Made by a program: the position numbers and the translations under genes. The notes below the pieces were generated by a model. The model made no database searches. It had not been told where the DNA came from and saw nothing but the letters and a program-made list of their open reading frames with translations. Below, piece by piece: positions 1-9,400 of a stretch of DNA of 64,000 nucleotides (positions are counted from its first letter, which is position 1; each line of letters opens with the position of its first letter). Source of the stretch: a virus (Duplodnaviria; Heunggongvirae; Uroviricota; Caudoviricetes); IMG/VR virus record IMGVR_UViG_3300042514_001345, one strand, 5' to 3'.

Positions 1-1
1 T

Positions 2-2698
2 CCAGCTTTCGAACCAATCTTGGTGTCTAATTTCGACGAATTCAAAACATATTTTGGTGGCACTTCACCCGCAAAAGACGGAAGTGATAACCCAAAATAC
101 GAGTTACCTTATGTAGCAAAATCATATTTACAAGAATCAAATCAGTTATTTGTAACCCGAGTATTGGGTTTAACTGGTTATAAACCAAACAGAACCTATG
201 GTATTAAAACATTGGGTGGTATGGTTGTTGGAGACCTTGTAACAACAGGAACAACAACTGGAACAACAGTGGTTACCGCAAGTGGTATTACTGGTTCAAC
301 ATTTTATGCTGAACTTTCAGGAAAAACAGCATCTGATGGCGACTCAGTACCAGGATTTATCTTAGACCAATATAGTGGAAACACTAGTGGGAATACTGGT
401 AACTGGTTTACAATTGGAACTGTACCAACTGCTGCAACAAGTTCTTTAACTGGAACCACTGTTTCATCACCAATAGGTGCTAGTGCAACCAAAAACTGGT
501 ATAACACATACTCAAACTTTACAAACAAGGTTTATTCATACCTATTCGTTTATAATCACGGAACAACATCATTTGATGTTACAAGATATGAATATAGCGC
601 AACTTTAGCAAATGACGGAAAAGTTGTTTGTTTGTTAAGGTCTAGAGGTTCATACATTTCGGAAGTATTAACACATAGAGTTACTGGTACAACATCGGTT
701 CAAATTACTGGATCAGATATTGCATTAGATCCTTTATCAGAATTCACATTAACTGTTACAGACGTCGATGCTGATGTTAGAACATTTGATTGTAGTTTTG
801 ACACTGCTTCAACAAAATATATTACAAAAGTTTTAGGTGTTGATGTTTTTGATAAAGAAAAAACGGTTAACCCAATATATGTTCACGAAGTTTATCCAAA
901 TTTAATTAAAAATCTTTTCCAACAAGGTCAAATCAGAGGTTTAAATACTACTGAATATGTAAACGCAGAAGGAACAGATTTTGTACAACAATGGGATATG
1001 GCGGGTTCAAATTTAGTTGTTTCTGAAGTAAGAGGTGGTAACGTATTTGATTTATTTAGTTTCTTAACAATATCAGATGGTAACGCTTCTAATAATGAAG
1101 TTAAAATTACTATTCAAAATATTAATGTTGAAACTGGTGAATTTGATGTTTTAGTTCGTGATTTTTATGATTCAGACGAAAACCAAGTGGTTCTAGAGAA
1201 GTTCTCAAGATGTTCAATGAATCCGGATCTTCCAGGTTTCGTTGCTAAAAAAATTGGTACATCTGATGGTGAATATGAAATCAGAAGTAAATACGTTATG
1301 TTAGTATTGGCTGATAACGCGCCAGCAGACGCAATTCCAGCGGGTTTCAAAGGATGTACAACCAAAGATTCTATCGGAGGTTTAACATTTAAAACAAAAT
1401 ACAATACAGCAGGTGAAACAATTTATTATAACACAGATGGTAGTGCGGAAATATCTAATGGAGATAAAGTTAAAAAAGTAACATTAGGTTTATCATCGCA
1501 ATCACATATTGGATATGACAAAGACATGTTCAAATTTAAGGGTGTTGGTGCTAATGAGGTAACATTTGGTTTTCACTTATCAACAAATGCCTCAACAATA
1601 ACTGACGCTAATGGAAATACAGTATATGAAACAACTGCATATGACTTTGAAGGTCAAACAGGTGTGGATAACCCATTAACAGGTATATCTTATTGTAAAT
1701 TCACATTACCAGTATTTGGCGGATTTGATGGTTGGGATATCTACAGAAATGTTAGAACAAACACAGACGGATATATTTTTGGTAAAAACACATATTCAAC
1801 CAATCACTCAACAAGTGGTGGTGTATTCAGTTCAACAGTTGGTAACTCAGATTATTACGCTTATTTAGAAGGTATTAATTCATTCTCTAATCCAGAAGCA
1901 GTAGATATTAATTTATTTGCAACTCCAGGTATCAATTGGTTAAACCACAGTTCTCTTGTAACTCAAGCTATTGATATGGTTGAGAATGATAGAGCGGATT
2001 CATTATACATTATTAATGCACCAAACCACACAACAACAGCGGAAGTTGTTGATGATTTAGATAGTGTTAGTTTAGACACAAACTATTCAGCAACTTACTG
2101 GCCTTGGATTCAAGTAAGAGATACTGACAACGCAACTCAACTTTACTTACCACCAACAGGAGAAGTTGTTAAAAACATTGCATTAACCGATAATGTATCA
2201 TATCCTTGGTTTGCAGTTGCAGGTTATTCAAGAGGTTTAGTTAACTCAATTAAAGCAGCTAAAAAATTAACATTAGATGATAGAGATGAATTATACAAAA
2301 ACAGAATTAACCCAATTGCGACATTCTCTGATACAGGTACAATTATTTGGGGTAACAAAACCTTACAAGTAAGAGAATCAGCATTAGATAGAATTAACGT
2401 AAGAAGATTGTTATTAAGAGCTAGAAAGTTGATTTCAGCAGTAGCAGTTAGATTATTGTTCGAACAAAATGATGATCAAGTAAGACAAGAATTCTTAAGT
2501 TTGGTTAACCCAATATTAGATTCTATTAAGAAAGAAAGAGGTTTGTATGATTTCCGCGTAGCGGTTTCTAACGACCCAGAAGACATTGATGCTAACACAC
2601 TAAGAGGTAAGATTTACATTAAACCAACTAGATCATTAGAATTTATCGATGTAGAATTCATAATAACACCAACAGGTGCTTCTTTTGAAAATATATAA
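2..2698 (+). CDS. Contractile tail sheath protein (T4 gp18-like), 5'-truncated by the window edge
   Basis: The frame is open from base 2 (PAFEPILVSNFDEFKTYFGG). C-terminal sheath motifs: YSATYWPW, PWFAVAGYSRG, INPIATF, IWGNKTL, RINVRRLL, IYIKPTRSLEFI. Confidence 0.95.
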   Translation, partial: PAFEPILVSNFDEFKTYFGGTSPAKDGSDNPKYELPYVAKSYLQESNQLFVTRVLGLTGYKPNRTYGIKTLGGMVVGDLVTTGTTTGTTVVTASGITGSTFYAELSGKTASDGDSVPGFILDQYSGNTSGNTGNWFTIGTVPTAATSSLTGTTVSSPIGASATKNWYNTYSNFTNKVYSYLFVYNHGTTSFDVTRYEYSATLANDGKVVCLLRSRGSYISEVLTHRVTGTTSVQITGSDIALDPLSEFTLTVTDVDADVRTFDCSFDTASTKYITKVLGVDVFDKEKTVNPIYVHEVYPNLIKNLFQQGQIRGLNTTEYVNAEGTDFVQQWDMAGSNLVVSEVRGGNVFDLFSFLTISDGNASNNEVKITIQNINVETGEFDVLVRDFYDSDENQVVLEKFSRCSMNPDLPGFVAKKIGTSDGEYEIRSKYVMLVLADNAPADAIPAGFKGCTTKDSIGGLTFKTKYNTAGETIYYNTDGSAEISNGDKVKKVTLGLSSQSHIGYDKDMFKFKGVGANEVTFGFHLSTNASTITDANGNTVYETTAYDFEGQTGVDNPLTGISYCKFTLPVFGGFDGWDIYRNVRTNTDGYIFGKNTYSTNHSTSGGVFSSTVGNSDYYAYLEGINSFSNPEAVDINLFATPGINWLNHSSLVTQAIDMVENDRADSLYIINAPNHTTTAEVVDDLDSVSLDTNYSATYWPWIQVRDTDNATQLYLPPTGEVVKNIALTDNVSYPWFAVAGYSRGLVNSIKAAKKLTLDDRDELYKNRINPIATFSDTGTIIWGNKTLQVRESALDRINVRRLLLRARKLISAVAVRLLFEQNDDQVRQEFLSLVNPILDSIKKERGLYDFRVAVSNDPEDIDANTLRGKIYIKPTRSLEFIDVEFIITPTGASFENI

Positions 2699-2718
2699 TA
2701 TTAATTAAAATAAAACAC

Positions 2719-2750
2719 AAATGGGGGGTAGACATAATATCCCCCATTTT
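2719..2750 (+). terminator. Intrinsic terminator after sheath
   Basis: ATGGGGG / CCCCCAT stem followed by TTTTAATTTTT. Confidence 0.75.
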
Positions 2751-2925
2751 AATTTTTGATAGTGAAAAGAGATGATGTTTTTTAAAAATTTTATATTTTT
2801 TTCTCTATTTTTTAAGATTTGTTTGATATTTTTTTAATGTTTTATATAAGTGTTTGCAAAAAGCTACGGAAAAAAATCGACAAAACCAAGAAAACCCAAA
2901 AATAAATTTATTTTAATTAGTGATA

Positions 2926-2933
2926 TATTTATA
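2926..2933 (+). promoter_or_regulatory. Candidate late promoter TATTTATA (tail tube)
   Basis: Motif recurs just upstream of structural gene starts. Confidence 0.65.
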
Positions 2934-2969
2934 ATAAAGCAAATAAACTAAAAACAAATATAACAAAAA

Positions 2970-3458
2970 ATGGCGGATTTATTAATGAAAATGCCGGTTC
3001 CCTACGAACCAAAAAGAAAAAATAGATTTATCCTAAGATTTCCATCTACATTAGGTATAAATGAGTGGTACGTGACTTCAACATCTCGCCCATCAGCTAA
3101 AATTAAATCTGTTGAAATACCTTTCTTAAACACCTCAACTTACGTTGCTGGTAGATTTGACTGGGAAGAAATTAAAGTTCAGTTTAAAGACCCGATTGGT
3201 CCTTCAGCAGCACAAGCACTTATGGAGTGGTTCCGCTTACACGCAGAATCAGTTACAGGTCGTATGGGTTATGCCGCAGGATATAAAAAAGATGTATACT
3301 TGGAAATGTTAGACCCAACAGGTGTTGTTGTTGAAAAGTGGTTATTAGAGGGTTGCTTCCTTACCAACTTAAACTTTGGTGATTTAGCATATTCTCAAGA
3401 TGAATTGGCAAGTATCGACTGTTCTTTAAGAATGGATAGATGCGTACTTATTTACTAG
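2970..3458 (+). CDS. Tail tube protein (T4 gp19-like)
   Basis: 162 aa, directly after sheath. Motifs YEPKRKNRF, YVAGRFDWEEI, GYKKDVYLEMLDPTG, W.LEGCF. Confidence 0.92.
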   Translation: MADLLMKMPVPYEPKRKNRFILRFPSTLGINEWYVTSTSRPSAKIKSVEIPFLNTSTYVAGRFDWEEIKVQFKDPIGPSAAQALMEWFRLHAESVTGRMGYAAGYKKDVYLEMLDPTGVVVEKWLLEGCFLTNLNFGDLAYSQDELASIDCSLRMDRCVLIY

Positions 3459-3483
3459 TATTCTATACAATATATTGATATTC

Positions 3484-3538
3484 AATTCGTTAAGTCCAGT
3501 GTTCCACGTGAAATGCAGGATTTAACGAATTTTTTTTT
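3484..3538 (+). terminator. Intrinsic terminator after tail tube, with a parS-like sequence in the loop
   Basis: ATTCGTTAAGTCC / GGATTTAACGAAT 13-bp stem (one G-U), 20-nt loop, T8 tail. Confidence 0.8.
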
Positions 3539-3542
3539 AAAC

Positions 3543-3573
3543 TTTACTTTAATGTACTTATAGTGTAAACTAG
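3543..3573 (+). promoter_or_regulatory. Bacteroidota-type primary-sigma promoter (TTTA-N19-TAAACTAG)
   Basis: Spacing and -7 box resemble the established TTTG-N19-21-TAnnTTTG consensus. Confidence 0.5.
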
Positions 3574-3577
3574 TATT

Positions 3578-4327
3578 ATGGAAAATTTTAACATAGACCC
3601 CTCAATTGCATACGACGTTGTGCAATTACCTTCGCAAGGACTATCATACACAAATAAGAAAAAATCCGTCAGGGTGGGTTATTTAACCGCTGCTGATGAG
3701 AATGTATTGATGTCCCCCAACTTAATCAATGGCGAAGCCGTTATTGACGAATTATTAAGAAGAAAAATTCTTGATAGAGATTTAGACGTAAATGAACTTT
3801 TAGAAGAAGATAGACAAGCAATCTTAATTTTCTTGCGAAATACCGCATTTGGTACAATTTATAAGGTAAAAGCGGTTGACCCTAAAACAAGTGAAAATTT
3901 TGAACAGGATATTGATTTATCTAGTTTAAAGACAAAAGATTTTACTTTAAAAGCAAACGAAAATGATGAATATTCATATCATTTACCAATCTCTAAAAAA
4001 GATATTACATTCAAATTCTTAACACAATTACAAGAAAATGAATTACTAACAATAAGAAATAAAACAACTGGTAAAGAAGTTTCTAATGTAATAACCAAAC
4101 GACTAGAAATGATGATTAAATCCATTGATGGGAATAAAGACCCAATGGCACTTTACCAATTCATTCAAACGATGCCAATTAAGGACTCTCAGGACTTTAA
4201 GAAATTCGTTTCAGATAATAAACCAGGATTAGATTTGTTTATTGATATAGCCGCCCCGTCAGGAGAAAAAGTCACAGTTGTTATTGACTTTGGGGTGGAG
4301 TTTTTTCGTCCTTTCTACGGATTATAA
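3578..4327 (+). CDS. Tail assembly chaperone / baseplate hub assembly protein (T4 gp26-like)
   Basis: Sits between tube and tape measure. Motifs V.LPSQG..Y, LTAADENVL, EDRQAILIFLR..AFG, PGLDL. Confidence 0.75.
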   Translation: MENFNIDPSIAYDVVQLPSQGLSYTNKKKSVRVGYLTAADENVLMSPNLINGEAVIDELLRRKILDRDLDVNELLEEDRQAILIFLRNTAFGTIYKVKAVDPKTSENFEQDIDLSSLKTKDFTLKANENDEYSYHLPISKKDITFKFLTQLQENELLTIRNKTTGKEVSNVITKRLEMMIKSIDGNKDPMALYQFIQTMPIKDSQDFKKFVSDNKPGLDLFIDIAAPSGEKVTVVIDFGVEFFRPFYGL

Positions 4328-4454
4328 GAAATATCAAATGGATGAAATATTATTCTTGTTGAAAAACGGTTTTACGTATCAAGATGTATTAATGATTCCA
4401 GTACACGAAAGAAGAAATTTCGTTAGTTATTTATTTGACTTGCAAAATGGTTAA
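4301..4454 (+). CDS. Frameshift extension of the tail chaperone (G-T type, gp51-like), or a 38-aa ORF from ATG 4338
   Basis: The +1 frame is open 4251-4454 and reads FFVLSTDYKKYQMDEILFLLKNGFTYQDVLMIPVHERRNFVSYLFDLQNG. Slippery GAG TTT TTT CGT at 4298-4309. Not in the ORF track. Confidence 0.7.
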
Positions 4455-4459
4455 TCTAA

Positions 4460-4467
4460 TATTTATA
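4460..4467 (+). promoter_or_regulatory. Candidate late promoter TATTTATA
   Basis: 4 nt before the tape measure ATG. Confidence 0.6.
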
Positions 4468-4471
4468 GGTT

Positions 4472-6451
4472 ATGGGATTTAACAGCGCAATTGACGAATT
4501 ATTTAGTAGTAATGGTAGACGTGGTAATACGGATTTGCTTTCTTTTATGCAATCCAATACAACTAACTATAGTTCAAACAATGCACTAAAGCAAGACATT
4601 AACGATGGTATATCGACTCTTCAAAACAAAATCAGAACGCTTACAGCATCTTCCGCTGCAACTGGCGCTGCTGCCGGTGGTGCTGGTGTTCTAGCAGCAA
4701 CATCTGGTGCTGTTGGCAGTGTTGTTGGTAGAATATCGAGTTTGGCTGGTACTGCAATAGGTGGATTAGGTAATATTATTGTTAGTGGCGCTGAAAGTAT
4801 ATTTAAAGACCAATTGAATGTTCAGAGAGATTTGCAATCCTCAGAAATTTCTGCACTACTTAAAACAGTTGCCACAAATGTGTTAAAACCCGTGGATCTT
4901 GTTAAAGGAGTAATTAGTTCACTGGCATCAAATGCTGGAGCATTAATTGCTGATGCATATGATAACGAAGCTAAAATGTTAACATCAATTTCACAAGCAG
5001 GTGGAATTATGGGCGATTTAGCTGGTGTTATGAAAGAGGAAATGTTAACGGCGGCAGAAGAAGCGGTTAAATTTGGTGTTTCAATTCAAGATGCGCGAGA
5101 CGCTTCAGCAGCATTAAGTAAAAATTCCGGACAAACAAAACTATATACAGCAGAAACAGTTGCAAATGCACTTAAGATTAGTAGTACATTAACGGATAGC
5201 GCAAAATCTATATTTGAAAATGCTGAGAATTTTAGAAATATTGGTTATGGGTTACAAGACGCAACTAAAATTATATTAAACGCTGGTAAAGCATCTTTAG
5301 CACAAGGTTTAACAGCTAGGGAAACCACAAAAACATTAATGGCTAATTTAGGTAAACTAAATGAATACGGATTTAAAAATGGTGTTGCAGGTTTAACTCA
5401 AATGGTTCAACAAGCACAATCACTAAAACTAAACATGGATAAAGTTTTTGTAGTTGCTGACAAAGTTTTTGAACCAGAAGGGGCTATTGATATGGCGGCT
5501 AAACTACAAATGATTGGTGGTGCTGCTGGTGACCTAGCTGACCCTATTAGAGCAATGTACGATGTTACCAATAATATGGAAGGCATACAAAGTTCAATCA
5601 TTGATTCAGCAAGAAGTTTAGCTGTGTTTGATGAAGCTCAAGGTCGTTTTGCTGTTACAGGTATCAACTTAAGAGTTGCAAAAGCTAGAGCAGATGCGCT
5701 AGGGATGACACTGGGGGAAATGTCGAGTTTAGCTATAAAAGCAGCAAACCAATTTGAGGTAATGAGTCAAATAGATATGTTTCCTCAATTCAAGGATGGT
5801 GATCAAAAAGAGTTTATAAAAAATATGGCTCAAATTGGTTCAGGTGGAACAATTGGGTTTGAAATACCAAAAGAAATGCAACAATTCTTTGGTGGTCAGG
5901 CGTTTGTTGAATTATCAAATATGACTGGTGACCAAGTTGCCGCACTACAAAGATATCAAGAACAAATTGCTGGCGCTAGTTTGGAGGATTTGTCTAGAAG
6001 CCAATTTACCGTTCAAACACAAATGATGAGTGATATTAATAGCATTTATTTGTTATTACAAAACAATTTAAGAAGAGGTATTCGTGAAACTCAGGTTTAT
6101 GATTTATTAGATAAAGCTAAAACCGCATTAATGGACCCGAGTAACGGTCCTGCATTAGTTAAAGGCGCTGAAGAAACCTTAAACAAAATTATGGGTATAA
6201 TACCAGGTGGTGATAGTTTTAAGGGAAAATCTTATGAAAAACAACAGAAAGCAATACAAGATGAAATAGATAAAGCTAAAAGTAGACCTATTTCCGGAAA
6301 TGAAACAACATTTAATGTTAATCTAAAAATTTCGGGAGCCGATAACTATGCTAATTTACTAGCCACAACAATGCAAAAAGACCCATCAATGAAGGATCAG
6401 GTGGTTGCAGCAATAAATGAACCAATTAGGTCATATTTAGCAAATGCTTAA
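4472..6451 (+). CDS. Tape measure protein
   Basis: 659 aa, Ala/Gly/Leu-rich and helical, canonical position after chaperone. Confidence 0.8.
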   Translation: MGFNSAIDELFSSNGRRGNTDLLSFMQSNTTNYSSNNALKQDINDGISTLQNKIRTLTASSAATGAAAGGAGVLAATSGAVGSVVGRISSLAGTAIGGLGNIIVSGAESIFKDQLNVQRDLQSSEISALLKTVATNVLKPVDLVKGVISSLASNAGALIADAYDNEAKMLTSISQAGGIMGDLAGVMKEEMLTAAEEAVKFGVSIQDARDASAALSKNSGQTKLYTAETVANALKISSTLTDSAKSIFENAENFRNIGYGLQDATKIILNAGKASLAQGLTARETTKTLMANLGKLNEYGFKNGVAGLTQMVQQAQSLKLNMDKVFVVADKVFEPEGAIDMAAKLQMIGGAAGDLADPIRAMYDVTNNMEGIQSSIIDSARSLAVFDEAQGRFAVTGINLRVAKARADALGMTLGEMSSLAIKAANQFEVMSQIDMFPQFKDGDQKEFIKNMAQIGSGGTIGFEIPKEMQQFFGGQAFVELSNMTGDQVAALQRYQEQIAGASLEDLSRSQFTVQTQMMSDINSIYLLLQNNLRRGIRETQVYDLLDKAKTALMDPSNGPALVKGAEETLNKIMGIIPGGDSFKGKSYEKQQKAIQDEIDKAKSRPISGNETTFNVNLKISGADNYANLLATTMQKDPSMKDQVVAAINEPIRSYLANA

Positions 6452-6470
6452 TTGGTTTTATAATAATATC

Positions 6471-6478
6471 TATTTATA
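6471..6478 (+). promoter_or_regulatory. Candidate late promoter TATTTATA
   Basis: 13 nt before ATG 6492. Confidence 0.6.
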
Positions 6479-6491
6479 GAATAAAGAATAG

Positions 6492-9400
6492 ATGCCAAGT
6501 TACTTAGATTTTGATTCAACCAAAAAATTAAGAGATGCGATGTTAGCAAAGACATTAGTACAACCTAATGGACCGCAAACATTCACGTCTGGTAATTACT
6601 CTATTCAAAATACTTCAAATTTCGCAAACGTTGATCCAGGGGAAGTTTCAGATCAAAGACCTAAACTTTTATTAGACGCATCAAATAGCAACACATTTAA
6701 ACCAGAAATTTACGTTGTAAAGGAAAATATCGATGTTTTACCAAGAAGAGCAAATCTTGGTTTATATCCCTACTTTCAACGTGACCAAGACCATTCGTTA
6801 ATTAGTATATTAACAACGGACAAATATGATGATGAATCCGAATTATTTAAGTTCGCGGCATCAAATATTAAAACAGCAACAGAGGGACCAATACAGGCGA
6901 GAATTAGACAAAACTTATTAGCTAATACATTAAGTAAAGTTAGAATATTAGACGCACTAGCGGGTAACACAAATACAGCAATCGGTTTAATTTCAGGTAG
7001 AGAACCGTTAGTTGAAAAAAATTATAAAATTACTGTTGCTAAATCTTTGGCCGGTAAGGTAATTGATTTTGCACAAACAGTTGCGGGTGTAGAATTCCCT
7101 TGGAGTGAAATCCCTGGTGATTATTTAAGTAACCCAGCAAATCCGGTAAAATATAGACCAGAAGCAAGAACAGGATTAGGTAGAGCATTTCAAGATGTTA
7201 CAGGTGTGTTAGGTTCTTTAATTGGAATAGAAAGAAGACCAAAGCGCTCTAGAAAACCTTCGGATTTATTAATTGAATATATGGGTAACGGACAATTACA
7301 AACATTGTACAATAACCTAACATTTTCAAAATATAAACCAGATTACACAACTACTGCTAGATCACAACAATCTAGTAAATTATTTAATTTCCCAAATCAA
7401 ATTGCACAGGGAATAAAAAACATTTTAGGTGTGGAAGCACCTAGGGGTAATGCATATATTGGTGATGATAGAGGTGAAGATGTGATGTATGCTATTTCGG
7501 ACTTTAATGATAGACCAGTAAGAAGTGGTTATTATCTTTCATTAATGTTTGATGAAACGGCAACTAAGTTATTTCATAAAGATAAGAATATATCGGATGG
7601 TGGACAAATAGGTGGTAAACTTACTTGGGTTAGTAGACAATCAAATGAAAAAATAAAAGGTGTTCATAATGCTGAATGGCAAAGTGAGGCATCAAGACAT
7701 GCTGAAAGTTTATCTACGGCTTATGAATTTAGAGAGGATTCAATACTAGGTGAAACACAAAGATTACTTAATACATTACCAGAGAATGGTGGTGAAGCAA
7801 AAGGACACGTGGCAAATGCCATTGACCAAACAAGTAGAGTTTTTCGTGAAGGTGAGACAATGTTATCTAGAGGTTCTGCTATAAAATATATTGATAAATT
7901 TTCTGGCGAAGAAAGTGGTATTGAATATTGTCGTGTATGGACAAAAGACCGTTCATATATGAATTATTCTGACACAATGAAACGTACTGGTTTAATTAGA
8001 AATTTTAAGGAAAGTGTAATGACAACTCCTTGGAATTTAAATATTGCCCCAATGTCAAACGGACAAAGAGGTAAAGACGCATTTAATGGTTCAACAAACA
8101 TTATTAATGGTCAGGCAAAAAAATATATGTTCTCAATAGAGAATTTAGCATGGAAAACATCAAACAAGCCGGGATTTACGTACAATGATTTACCATATTG
8201 TGAAAGAGGACCTAATGGTGGTAGAGTTATGTGGTTTCCACCATATGATTTAAAATTTCAAGAGACAAATACCGCAAACTGGGAAACAACTAAATTCATA
8301 GGTAGACCAGAACCCATATACACATATCAAAATGCGGAAAGAAGTGGTACTGTATCGTTTAAGGTTGTTGTCGATCACCCAAGTGTTTTAAACTTATTAG
8401 TTAAAAAACGTTTTGAGGGTATGTCTGATGAAGAATCGACAAACTACATCAATTCATTTTTTGCCGGTTGTGAGCAATTAGATTTCTATGATTTAATTAG
8501 ACGTTATGGTAATTTGGAATCCGAAGAAATTGAGATTATACAAATTTGGTTAAGTTATTATCGTGATGGTAAAACTAGCGACGATTATCTTAAACTAAAA
8601 TTTAAAAGAACTGCTGGTGAGATTGTGTCCACAAACCCTAATAACAGCGATGGGTTGTTACCTTATCAATCAGAACCATTTGACACTGGCGGTGCATCAG
8701 GACAACCAGTATCGTTTGATGGTGACTTATATTTTAGAAACGACCAACCACATCCTCAAGATGGTTTATATGCTGATTCAGATTATGAGGCACAATATAC
8801 TTCTTATGTGGCATTAAAGTCAACATATCAATCTAAATTAGCAACAGGTTTAGCAAGTATATTTGCAAGTAATTCGGCAAGCAATAAAAAAGATAGAAAC
8901 ACATTATACAATAATGAAAACCCAGATCCTAGTGTTACAGGTAAAACAGTTACCGAACTAAATGAGGGTTTCACTAAATTAGACACAAATTATAATAAAC
9001 TTAAAGATGCAACAGCCGCAATTAAAAAAGATATTGAAGCTAAAAAAATTAAAGAAGTAAAACTTGAAATGCAATCATCAACATCATTTGTTGCTGATGA
9101 AAAATATAATATTAAATTAGCGTTTAGAAGATCTGATAGCGTTGCAAAATACGTTTTAAAATCTATATCTAAAAGTGGTACTGTGCCTAGTTTTACGTGG
9201 AAAGCAACTCCAGCAGAATTAAAAAGTAATCCAGCACAAAGAACAGAAGAAATAACTATTTCTTTTAAAGATTTAGGATACAGTGATGATATACAAGGTA
9301 ATGTAATTATTAAATTCGTTATGTTAGGTGAAAACACAAAAAATAGTGATTGCGGTGGTCTTGATTGTCATGGTATTGAATTACTAAACACCTCAGGATT

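Noticed and set aside
2772-2837. 21-aa Phe-rich ORF (MMFFKNFIFFSLFFKICLIFF) as a leader peptide
   Set aside because: It is explained by the T-tracts, lies after a terminator, and has no attenuator or relevant downstream gene.
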